Virus record (IMG/VR): IMGVR_UViG_3300040957_000063
DNA from: an uncultured virus (IMG/VR IMGVR_UViG_3300040957_000063)
Lineage: Duplodnaviria; Heunggongvirae; Uroviricota; Caudoviricetes
Strand: one strand, 5' to 3'
DNA length: 64,000 nucleotides
Both the position numbers and the translations under genes were made by a program. Shown piece by piece: positions 54,771 through 63,600 of this stretch. The stretch's first letter is position 1. Each line of letters opens with the position of its first letter. The notes beneath the pieces are model-generated. The model saw only the letters and a list, made by a program, of their open reading frames with translations, had not been told where the DNA came from and ran no database searches.

Positions 54771-55070
54771 ATGTTTGTGCGCCTCTGTGAATCTCCGACA
54801 CTCAGAGATGCTTCTCTCACTTATAAATCTTATGGTAAAATGACCATATTCAACATAGACCATACACCTTTTGAAAATGAAACAGATTATATTCATTGTT
54901 TGCAAATTGACCATATAAACGGTAAAGGAAAAAGAGAAATAAATTCCTTCTCTTATAATAGAGCATATTATAAATTTGTTTTAGCCCAACTTAAAGCTGG
55001 AAGTAAGGATTATCAATTGCTCTGTGCTAACTGTAATTGGTTGAAACGATATAAGAACAAAGAGCAATAA
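54771..55070 (+). pseudogene. Truncated HNH endonuclease
   Basis: Only the C-terminal half (CLQIDHINGKG...SKDYQLLCANCN) of the family seen at 29675, 60083 and 63178. Confidence 0.5.
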
Positions 55071-55117
55071 CTCTCACCCCAGATACTACGCTGGTATGAC
55101 TTTTTTCGATTTTTTAA

Positions 55118-55543
55118 TCAGTTGTTTAACTGTGTTTTTATTCTATGGCAATTAGCGCAAATAAGTTTACAATCAATAGGAATACTGTCTGCTTTTTTCC
55201 ATTTTATAAGTTCTTTTATTCTCATATTTGTGGGATTTTCTTTGTGTGACCAACTATCCTCTCCTAAATGATGAAAGTCATAAACACAGTCAAACTCAGA
55301 TTCTAAACCGCATTCTGAGCATTTACGCCCAAGTTTATCAACAGCCCATTTCTTGAGTTTTCGAAAATATTCTTTCCAATAATTAGGGTGTTCTAAGTGA
55401 CGAACAATTGTTCTTTTTTTCTCTTGTTCTTTGTGATTATCACGCCATTCTTTTTCTTTTTTGCAAATTTCTTCTTTATGGGTTCGCCGATATTTTTTAT
55501 CCCATTTTTTTCGATTTAGTAGTTTTTGCTCTTTACTGTTCAT
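55118..55543 (-). CDS. HNH endonuclease
   Basis: CSECG...VYDFHH...LICANCHRI. Confidence 0.8.
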   Translation of the reverse strand: MNSKEQKLLNRKKWDKKYRRTHKEEICKKEKEWRDNHKEQEKKRTIVRHLEHPNYWKEYFRKLKKWAVDKLGRKCSECGLESEFDCVYDFHHLGEDSWSHKENPTNMRIKELIKWKKADSIPIDCKLICANCHRIKTQLNN

Positions 55544-55727
55544 ATTTTTATAAGCACCACAATGTTTATATAATGGTCAATCCTCTATTTAAAAGTTATG
55601 GTTTTTATTTAACCCGAACGAGTAAGTTTTGTGGAATTTTAATCTACTGATTAATTAGAAATGAGCATGGGCGTTCTCCCATAATGTTTATTAGGTACGC
55701 CCCCTTTCTTGTTGGGTATAAGAGCGT

Positions 55728-58496
55728 GTGAGAATGACAAAGCAAAAAACCACTAACGGCAACAGCAACTTCAGCGAGATACTTAACGAAATGAGAAACT
55801 TAGCAATGGCAATCACAAAAGACAAAAGAGTACGAGTTAAGTATATACCGAGTCAACCAACTTCTTCATTCAATATGGAAACTTATGAAATTGCGCTCAG
55901 TCTCGAAAGCTACCCCGAATTCGTTCGGAAATTTCCAAGATTATTCCGAAAAGTCTTAGACGGTGATATGGGGCACGAGTGCGGACACTTGATTTTGACC
56001 CGTCCTAATTGGGAATTCTTCAACAATTGGGCAACAAAAATCAAGAGACAAAGAGGATTCTATAAGCTGGCTCACGAGATATGCTATGATAAACTAACAG
56101 AAGTCTTAACTAAAAATGGATGGAAGTTCTTTAAAGATATAACTCTTGAGGATGAAATTGCAACAATAACTAAAGAGGGATTTATCGAATATCAGAATCC
56201 TCTAAAGGTTATACGACAAAGATATGATGGAATGATGTATCATTGGGACGGAGACCACATAGACGAAAAAGTTACACCTGACCATGAATTGATAATTAGA
56301 AAGAAATGGAAGGAAAACTTTGAGAGAATTCCAGCTTTTGCTTTAGCCGAATATAAAGCTAAAGAGAGTTACGAATTTCAAATAGGCAATTTTAAGTGGA
56401 AAGGTAAATCTCCTAAAACAATAATTATAGGAGATAAAAATTTTCCAATAAAGGACGGGTTATCTCTTATAGCTTGGTATGTTTCAGAGGGGCATTTAGG
56501 TTACTATAATCGTTCTTATCGAACAGAAATAAGTAACACAAACCCGATTTATAGAAACGAAATTCGAAGTTTGGTTTCGAAATATTGGAACTTCGTAGAA
56601 TCGCCGTCAAACATTAACTTTACTATTTCGAATAAATCTCTTTTCGAATTTTTAAGTAAAGAATGTGGAAAAGGCTCACATAACAAAAAGATTCCACAAT
56701 TTGTTAAGAATCTCTCTTCAGAATTAATTGAGTATTTTCTTAATGAATTGTTTAAAGGCGATGGAAATTTCAGAAATAAAAAGATAAGACTTTATTCTAC
56801 TGTTTCACCAAAGTTATCTGATGATGTACAAGAATTAGTTCTCAAAATAGGTTTATCTGGGGTTGTTATTTATAATAATCCAAAATATACTATAACAGTA
56901 AACCATGAGAAATTAACCCCGTGTTGCACAAAAGAAGTAAAGAAAGAAGAATATCATGGAATTGTTTATGATGTACGGGTTCCTAATCACACTTTGATAG
57001 TAAGACGCAATGGTAAAGTAGTTTTGGGTTCTAACTGCAACATAGTTGAAGATAAGCGCGTTAATCACTTCATAATTCTGAGATACAGGTTTGACATTGG
57101 AAAGCGGTTGCTGTTAGCTAACCTAATACTTAAAGATATGATGGATAACGAGATGGAAGAGCACAAGATTATAGCTAATGTTCAAATGCAATCTCAAATG
57201 GCTTCATTGCTTCAGGGCGCAAATGTTGGCAATGTTGTTCAACTTGACGCTGGCGAAAGTTTAGACTTCACCGTTGACAGTAAAGGACACACACAAACCA
57301 CAAGCACAAAGCCAAATATTCAGGTTCAAAGCGGAAAACAAGACGGTGTTTATATGGTTGCAATTCTCTGCAATCAGGGATTATATGAAGCTAAATGCAC
57401 ACAATTATGGAAGCAATTGACCCCAGAAGGCAAAAAGGACTGTGAACAAGCCTTAAAAGTCTTAGAGCGAGTCAAATATAAGCGCATTAAACTCGACCTA
57501 ATTCGCTCTTGCCAAGAAATTTACGATTTAGTTGCCAAGCACTTAAAAGCTGATTACACAACAAAAGAATATGTTTGCTCAAGAAGAGGGGGAAACATTA
57601 AAGGAACCATTTCCGATAAACTGAAGCAACTCTTAGAAGCTGAAGAGCAAAAAGAAGAGAAGGAAGAAGAAGAAAAGAAACAGAAAGAGGACTTAGCTAA
57701 GGGAAGCGGTGCTGGCGAAGGTACAGGGGACGAGATTCCAGCCCCAGAACCGAATTTCGAAGCATATGAAAGCCTATTAGACGAATGCAAGCCCGAAATA
57801 AGCCAATTGCTTAATCAACTCAAGAAGTTAATGAAACCCAGAGTGCAAAGGGAAATATTCCAGAAAAGAGGACGAATGATGTCTCCAATAATACCCAGAA
57901 TTTACACCAACAGCTTCAGAGGCACAATTAAGAACGTGTATCTGCGTACAACAGCCCATATGGAAAAGGAACAGGTTTGCATCCAATTTGACTTTGACTT
58001 CTCTGGCTCGGTTGACAAACACGAAGCTGAAAAGATAACAACTGTATTGAATGAAACATTCGGGCATTACGTTGACGATTACGGCTACGGAATAACATGC
58101 TTCGGCGCAGATACGCAAAAAATCAAGACTCCGTTTGAAACATTTGAAAACACACGGGCACGGATTGGTGGAATTTCAGTTAACTCGGCTGGAACTGAAC
58201 TCGCCGTGGCAATGGAAGCTAATCTAAAGATGTTCAACTCAGTCAAAGGCGAAAGACGAAAGATTTTGGTAATTGCGTCAGATTTCAGCCTCAGCGATGA
58301 AAAAGAATGCGAAGAATTAATGACCCATTTCGCAAAAGCTGGCATAGAAGTTATCCTTATCGGATTTTGCAACTGTGACAACTATGAAACAATCTGGCAA
58401 AACGTAAAGGGGCTAAAAATTAAGCGCACAGAAATAAAGCAAATTGCGGATTTACCACAGCACTTTTTGGACGTATATCTAAATTGCCAAAAATAG
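55728..58496 (+). CDS. vWA-domain protein (CobT-like MoxR partner) with N-terminal HExxH and an intein
   Basis: HECGH; after splicing LAHEI-CNIVEDKR; acidic linker; MIDAS DFSGS...GT...SDF. Confidence 0.82.
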   Translation: MRMTKQKTTNGNSNFSEILNEMRNLAMAITKDKRVRVKYIPSQPTSSFNMETYEIALSLESYPEFVRKFPRLFRKVLDGDMGHECGHLILTRPNWEFFNNWATKIKRQRGFYKLAHEICYDKLTEVLTKNGWKFFKDITLEDEIATITKEGFIEYQNPLKVIRQRYDGMMYHWDGDHIDEKVTPDHELIIRKKWKENFERIPAFALAEYKAKESYEFQIGNFKWKGKSPKTIIIGDKNFPIKDGLSLIAWYVSEGHLGYYNRSYRTEISNTNPIYRNEIRSLVSKYWNFVESPSNINFTISNKSLFEFLSKECGKGSHNKKIPQFVKNLSSELIEYFLNELFKGDGNFRNKKIRLYSTVSPKLSDDVQELVLKIGLSGVVIYNNPKYTITVNHEKLTPCCTKEVKKEEYHGIVYDVRVPNHTLIVRRNGKVVLGSNCNIVEDKRVNHFIILRYRFDIGKRLLLANLILKDMMDNEMEEHKIIANVQMQSQMASLLQGANVGNVVQLDAGESLDFTVDSKGHTQTTSTKPNIQVQSGKQDGVYMVAILCNQGLYEAKCTQLWKQLTPEGKKDCEQALKVLERVKYKRIKLDLIRSCQEIYDLVAKHLKADYTTKEYVCSRRGGNIKGTISDKLKQLLEAEEQKEEKEEEEKKQKEDLAKGSGAGEGTGDEIPAPEPNFEAYESLLDECKPEISQLLNQLKKLMKPRVQREIFQKRGRMMSPIIPRIYTNSFRGTIKNVYLRTTAHMEKEQVCIQFDFDFSGSVDKHEAEKITTVLNETFGHYVDDYGYGITCFGADTQKIKTPFETFENTRARIGGISVNSAGTELAVAMEANLKMFNSVKGERRKILVIASDFSLSDEKECEELMTHFAKAGIEVILIGFCNCDNYETIWQNVKGLKIKRTEIKQIADLPQHFLDVYLNCQK
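56082..57035 (+). mobile_element. Intein (318 aa) with LAGLIDADG endonuclease
   Basis: N-terminal CYDKLTEVLTKNGW, block B VTPDH, AWYVSEG and LFKGDG, block F VYDVRVPNH, C-terminal GSN followed by Cys+1. Confidence 0.9.
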
Positions 58497-59080
58497 TTAA
58501 AAGTTCCCATAAGACTTATATATCAGGAATACATCATACTGTATGGATGCCTATGATAAGACCTAAAATAAAAGACGTATTCAAACCAAAAATGTTGAAC
58601 CCTAAATTAACAGAATTAGAGTTAGGTTACTTAGTTGGTTTAATAGACGGCGAAGGAACTATAACTATAACAGCAAGAAAAAAAATCAAGAAAAAAGCGG
58701 GATTTCAATTGTTAGCAACTTTAACAATAGTTAACACATCGGAAAACTTAGCAATTTGGTTACAGTCTTTAGGATTCAGAAAGCAAAAACGCAAACGATT
58801 CGAACTATACAAAGTTTGCTATATGGCTTGCTCGGAAGGATATGGAATATTACCGTTATTAAAGCGAATAGAGCCGTATTTAATGGTTAAACAAAAACAA
58901 TGCCAATTAGTAATTAAGTATATAGAGAAACGTTTGGAAATGGAAATGAATTCGCCTTATGATAAACAAGATGTAGAAATAATGACACAAGTAAGAACGT
59001 TGAATATGAAGGGTAAACGATTTCCCGTTCGTCCTCTTTATCCAAACTTAGTTAATCAACAGATTAAAATTTCGGTTTGA
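58484..59080 (+). CDS. Free-standing LAGLIDADG homing endonuclease
   Basis: YLVGLIDGEGT...IVNTS...IEPYLMVKQKQ. Confidence 0.85.
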   Translation: MPKIVKSSHKTYISGIHHTVWMPMIRPKIKDVFKPKMLNPKLTELELGYLVGLIDGEGTITITARKKIKKKAGFQLLATLTIVNTSENLAIWLQSLGFRKQKRKRFELYKVCYMACSEGYGILPLLKRIEPYLMVKQKQCQLVIKYIEKRLEMEMNSPYDKQDVEIMTQVRTLNMKGKRFPVRPLYPNLVNQQIKISV

Positions 59081-59146
59081 GCATGGGGAAAGTGGGCAAA
59101 GGTTTAAATAAGACATTGACGTATCATCTTTTAAGGTTGAAAGAAA

Positions 59147-60019
59147 ATGAATGAAAAAGCAAAAGTTGAAAAAGCACTCGAATCCTCTGGAATATACGTA
59201 AAGGGAATAGAATATATTGATGAACATAATTACATTGAGAAGGCACGGGCTATTCTCGAAATAGTTGGTAATTTGCGTTTATGCGGGGAGACAGGTACGG
59301 GAAAAACAACGTTAGTACACAAACTTGCCGAACTACTTTCCGTGCCCTTATATGAAATTGTCCTTACGCGCGATGTTACCAAATGGGATTTACTTAGTTG
59401 TGATACATTGGAGAATGGCAGTACAAAAACCCGTGAAGGCATAATAATTCAATGGCTCAATTCGGAAAGTGGTTTGCTTTACATAGATGGCTTTAACTAC
59501 GCCGAGCCAAGCATCATATCGTTGTTAGAGTCACTTGCCGATTTTCGCGGAAATATCTGGGTGCCAGAATATAAGCGCGAATTCACACGGACGGCGAAAC
59601 ACTACTTAGCCATAAGCTACAACCCAAGCGAAAAATCTGGCTACTCAGGGACATTCTTAGAAAACATTGCAACAATTAGACGCTTTGAAGGACTATTGAT
59701 TGAATACTTATCACCGCAAAAAGAACGACAGTTAATCACAAAGTTCGCTGGAAAATACGATTTTAGTGCTCGATGGGTGGAAATCGCACATAAAACGCGA
59801 ACTGAGTACGAAAACGGTAAATTGCGTACACCTATCACAACAGGTAACTTAATTAATTACGGAAAACTCTATAAAGCTGGAATGAGCGAGGACGATTTGA
59901 TTGAAATAGCTTCGAGCCTTTTCACCGCTAAAGAAGAGAGAAATCTATTCTTATCGTTCTACGAAAATAGTGACGATATTGATATTGAGAAACTTAAGAA
60001 AGAAGATGTAGATAGCTAA
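59147..60019 (+). CDS. MoxR/CbbQ/CobS-type AAA+ ATPase
   Basis: Walker A GETGTGKT, degenerate Walker B LYIDGFN, SYNP...YSG, ATIRRF. Confidence 0.8.
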   Translation: MNEKAKVEKALESSGIYVKGIEYIDEHNYIEKARAILEIVGNLRLCGETGTGKTTLVHKLAELLSVPLYEIVLTRDVTKWDLLSCDTLENGSTKTREGIIIQWLNSESGLLYIDGFNYAEPSIISLLESLADFRGNIWVPEYKREFTRTAKHYLAISYNPSEKSGYSGTFLENIATIRRFEGLLIEYLSPQKERQLITKFAGKYDFSARWVEIAHKTRTEYENGKLRTPITTGNLINYGKLYKAGMSEDDLIEIASSLFTAKEERNLFLSFYENSDDIDIEKLKKEDVDS

Positions 60020-60082
60020 GATTCCATAAAATTTCTTTTTTATTTTTCTGTTAAGTAAAACCAAAAGACTTAAATAGTAGTT

Positions 60083-60682
60083 TTGTGTATAATACTTGGG
60101 GATTGTATGAAAAACCCAACTATAAAGAAAACTTGCTTAAACTGCAAAAAAGAGTTTGAAACGACTGACTCAAGACGAAAATATTGTGATGATAAATGTA
60201 AACGAGAGTTTAGAAAAGATTATTATGATACATATAATAAAAACTACCGTTTGACACATCCAAAATACTTTCACGATTATGTAAGAACGGAAAAACATAA
60301 AACTCGTGAGCATAATCGAAGGATAGAAAAATATAAAAATGATGAAGATTATCGTGAGAAAATAAAAGCCTCTTCGATAAGTCAAAGAAATAAAGCCAGA
60401 GATGAAGTTATTGCTTTGCTCGGTAGTAAGTGTGCTAATCCCTATAATTTACCACATCCAGATTGGTGTAATGAAAAAAGAGTATTAGAGGTTGACCATA
60501 TAAACGGCGATGGATGGAAGGAACGAAAAGAAATAGGCTCAAGTGGTAATGGAAAATACTTTAGATATATTCTCAAAAAAATTAAAGAGGGTTCTAAAGA
60601 TTATCAATTGTTATGTTGTAACTGCAATAAAATAAAACAAATAGAAAAAAGAGAATTTAGAAAACCTAATGAGGCAGAATGA
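60083..60682 (+). CDS. HNH endonuclease with N-terminal Zn finger
   Basis: CLNC...YCDDKC; CANPYNLPHPDWC...EVDHING...YQLLCCNCN. Confidence 0.8.
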   Translation: MCIILGDCMKNPTIKKTCLNCKKEFETTDSRRKYCDDKCKREFRKDYYDTYNKNYRLTHPKYFHDYVRTEKHKTREHNRRIEKYKNDEDYREKIKASSISQRNKARDEVIALLGSKCANPYNLPHPDWCNEKRVLEVDHINGDGWKERKEIGSSGNGKYFRYILKKIKEGSKDYQLLCCNCNKIKQIEKREFRKPNEAE

Positions 60683-60953
60683 GCATGGGCGTTCTTGCAC
60701 AATGCTTATTAGGGACGGCGTATTCTCCTATTAATAAACGTGATTGAAACATGAGAACTGAAAAAGAAATTGAGGATAAATTAGAAGAATTAAAACAAAA
60801 AAGTAAAATTTTTCCCTTTCCTCACTCACAATGTTTGAAAGACCCAACAAAAAAGTGTATGAGGGATATTTTCTTTACGCCAGAAGAACAATCAAAAAGT
60901 AAATATGGTTGTGTTATTTGCCCCCATAATCCTTCTTATATAGGGGTTTGTAA

Positions 60954-61887
60954 TTGAGCGAAACTGAAACATTCGAGATTTACTTCGATGACCTCTCAGA
61001 GGACGCGAAAAAGCGTTTCCTCTCATTTGTGAGGCTGAAACGCCCAGAGGACGGCAATTATGGCATTTTTCCGCTTGCTACGTTCGAAGTTGAAACTGAA
61101 GTGCTCAAAGAGAACGAACAGGAAACCAAAAGGGCAGAACGCGAAGAGGCAAAAAAAGAACGTAAAAAACCCGAATCTGTTAGCTTCAATTAATCCCCTT
61201 TTTTAGAGGAAATTTTATGACCGACTTAATATGCGATAGATGTGGTAAAAAACCAAAAATTAATGAACACCTTAATTTTCACAGTAAAATTGTTAAACCA
61301 ACTCGTCTTTGTACGAAATGTGAGGGCGAATGGGACATTTATTGGCATACTTTTCTTAGAGGAAAACCCGATGGTGATTGGATAATTGGGTTTGAAAAAT
61401 TTATAAGGATGGAAATGAGGCAAAAAGAGGTAATAGAGTTTACTTGAGGCAACCTTATGAGTATTTATAACGAATATACAACTAAAAAAGGTTGTTTTAA
61501 TTGCGATAAATTCAAAGTTTGCCCCTTTATTAAAATAGAAAGAATTAATGGACGGAATTTTACTAATATTATGGATGATAATGATATGGCTGTTCCATAT
61601 GTTTACGGCTGTGCTTGTAGTGACTACCAAACCCATAAAAAAGAGAGGGTTGATTTCACTTGATTAAAAGCGGTTGTTGGTGTTGCAAAAATAGGAAAGG
61701 AACTTGTTGCTCAAGAGGAAGCCATAAAGATAATGACCCATTTTATTTTATAGATTCTACATGGAAAGATGTCCAAGAAAACATTGCTGGCAAACCCGAT
61801 AAAGCTGGCGTGGTTGTTGGCTCTGGCTGTATAAACTTAACCCATAAGTTCAATCATGTTGAGAGGGAAAAAGTCGAGTTTAGTTAA
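60954..61887 (+). other. Chain 6: 60954-61193 ESVSFN, 61217-61447 EVIEFT, 61457-61663 ERVDFT, 61660-61887 EKVEFS
   Basis: Same C-terminal motif; two end in TAA with no overlapping start. Confidence 0.8.
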
Positions 61888-61941
61888 TCGGGAACCGTAA
61901 CATTTAAATAGTTGAATGTTATTATATTTCTCTGAATACAA

Positions 61942-62433
61942 ATGCCAAAAGGAAAATATAAAGACCCAAACTATATGCTAAATTATCGTTTAACACATAG
62001 GGAACAGATTTTAAAGACTCAAGAAAATTGGCGTAAAAATAATAAAGAACATTCACATAATTATTATGAAACAAACAAAACAAAAATTTTAAATCGTTCA
62101 AATGAACATATCAAAGACGTTAATTTTTCCGTTATAGCGATGTATTCTAACTTTGAAACTGAAAAACTTGTTCAACCTATATGCGCTTGTTGTGGAGAAA
62201 CCGAACTTGATTTTCTTACCATTGACCATATTAATAATGACGGGGCAGAACAACGAAGAAAAATTGGAAATAATGTACTTGGTGGTTGGGCACTTTCTTT
62301 GTGGATAATCAAGAACAATTTTCCAGATGACCTTCAAGTATTGTGCGGAAATTGTCAATTAGGAAAAAGACGAAATAATGGTGTGTGTACTCATAAAATT
62401 AATCATATGATTAACGAGCATGATGTTTCTTAG
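61942..62433 (+). CDS. HNH endonuclease
   Basis: CACCG...LTIDHINNDG...LQVLCGNC. Confidence 0.8.
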   Translation: MPKGKYKDPNYMLNYRLTHREQILKTQENWRKNNKEHSHNYYETNKTKILNRSNEHIKDVNFSVIAMYSNFETEKLVQPICACCGETELDFLTIDHINNDGAEQRRKIGNNVLGGWALSLWIIKNNFPDDLQVLCGNCQLGKRRNNGVCTHKINHMINEHDVS

Positions 62434-62482
62434 CAAAGGTTTATATAGGACGATGTAATCACTATTAATCAAGTGATTAAAA

Positions 62483-63181
62483 ATGAGTAATAATCAATCA
62501 AAAACTACAAACAGGTTAATCTTAGACGCGAAGGCGTTAGAAGAATTAGGGCTAAATTCGGAAGTGCTTTATGTCTGCGAATATGATTTATATTCGGAAC
62601 GTTATCTAACTGACGCGGAAAAGAGAAGAATGAACACAGAACAAAAGGACGCTAACAAACGCTTTAACAAGTTGGCTCGTATTATTAGGAATAAGATGGT
62701 TTTTACCCTCAAGTTCAAATTAGATGCAACCAAAAACTTGGAAAGCAGTTGGTTTATTGACGGGGACAAACTTGATTTAGCCGTTTCCGAACTTGAGAAC
62801 TTGAAAGCTGACGCAAAAAGAAAGGGCTTTAGTGACATTGATAACCGTATTAAAATTATTCCGTTAATCACAAACGATGTCGGGTTTGAGCACTATGAGG
62901 ACAAAAAGGCTGAATTCGTGCTTGAATTCCTTATGGAACACGTAGAATACGCCGAAAAGGGAATTAAAAACAAAAAGATGGCTCAGTCAACTTTGTGGCG
63001 GTGTAAAAAGGCAGTAGAAATCTGTAATGCACACGCCGAAACTCTAAAACAAAGTGAACGTTACAATGAAATAATTGATACTATAAATATGTTAGACGAA
63101 CTTAATGGAATGTGTGAGGCGTTTCTCACAGAACAGAAAGAAAAGAAGGCTAAGGAAAAAGCAAAGGATAAAAAAGCCTAA
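62483..63181 (+). CDS. Hypothetical protein
   Basis: 232-aa ORF after the CATG-box promoter at 62416; a palindrome lies just before the start. Confidence 0.6.
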   Translation: MSNNQSKTTNRLILDAKALEELGLNSEVLYVCEYDLYSERYLTDAEKRRMNTEQKDANKRFNKLARIIRNKMVFTLKFKLDATKNLESSWFIDGDKLDLAVSELENLKADAKRKGFSDIDNRIKIIPLITNDVGFEHYEDKKAEFVLEFLMEHVEYAEKGIKNKKMAQSTLWRCKKAVEICNAHAETLKQSERYNEIIDTINMLDELNGMCEAFLTEQKEKKAKEKAKDKKA

Positions 63182-63600
63182 AGTTCTTGATTTTCAGCTT
63201 TTTTTATCCAATTACAGTTAGCGCATAGTAATTGGTAATCCTTAGAACCCTCTTTGATTCGTTTTAAAACCTCACGATAATAAGTTGTTCTGCATAATGA
63301 TGTTTCTCTTATATCTTTGTGCCCGTGACCGTTAACATGGTCAATTTGTAAACATCTAACATCACTCATAAAATCTCCATGCTCAAGATTATAAGGATTA
63401 ACGCATTTATTTCCAAGTAATTCAAATATCTCAGCTTTTCGTTTTTCTAATAGATTTTTCTTTACTTTTTTTGCTGTATCAATAACAGATTTTCGGAATT
63501 TAGGGTCATTATGATAACGTTTTTTTCGTTTTCTCAATTGTTCTTTCCAATGAAGTTTTCTCCAATTTTTAGAATATTCTGGGTCTAAAGGTTTTCCCAT
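63178..63600 (-). CDS. HNH endonuclease
   Basis: LLGNKCVNPYNL...LQIDHVNG...SKDYQLLCANCN; GGAG RBS on the minus strand. Confidence 0.8.
   Translation of the reverse strand: MGKPLDPEYSKNWRKLHWKEQLRKRKKRYHNDPKFRKSVIDTAKKVKKNLLEKRKAEIFELLGNKCVNPYNLEHGDFMSDVRCLQIDHVNGHGHKDIRETSLCRTTYYREVLKRIKEGSKDYQLLCANCNWIKKAENQEL

Noticed and set aside
55728..60019. Cobaltochelatase CobST forming a B12 pathway with CobA
   Set aside because: MoxR-vWA pairs are common viral chaperone modules, and no CobN or other cob genes are visible.
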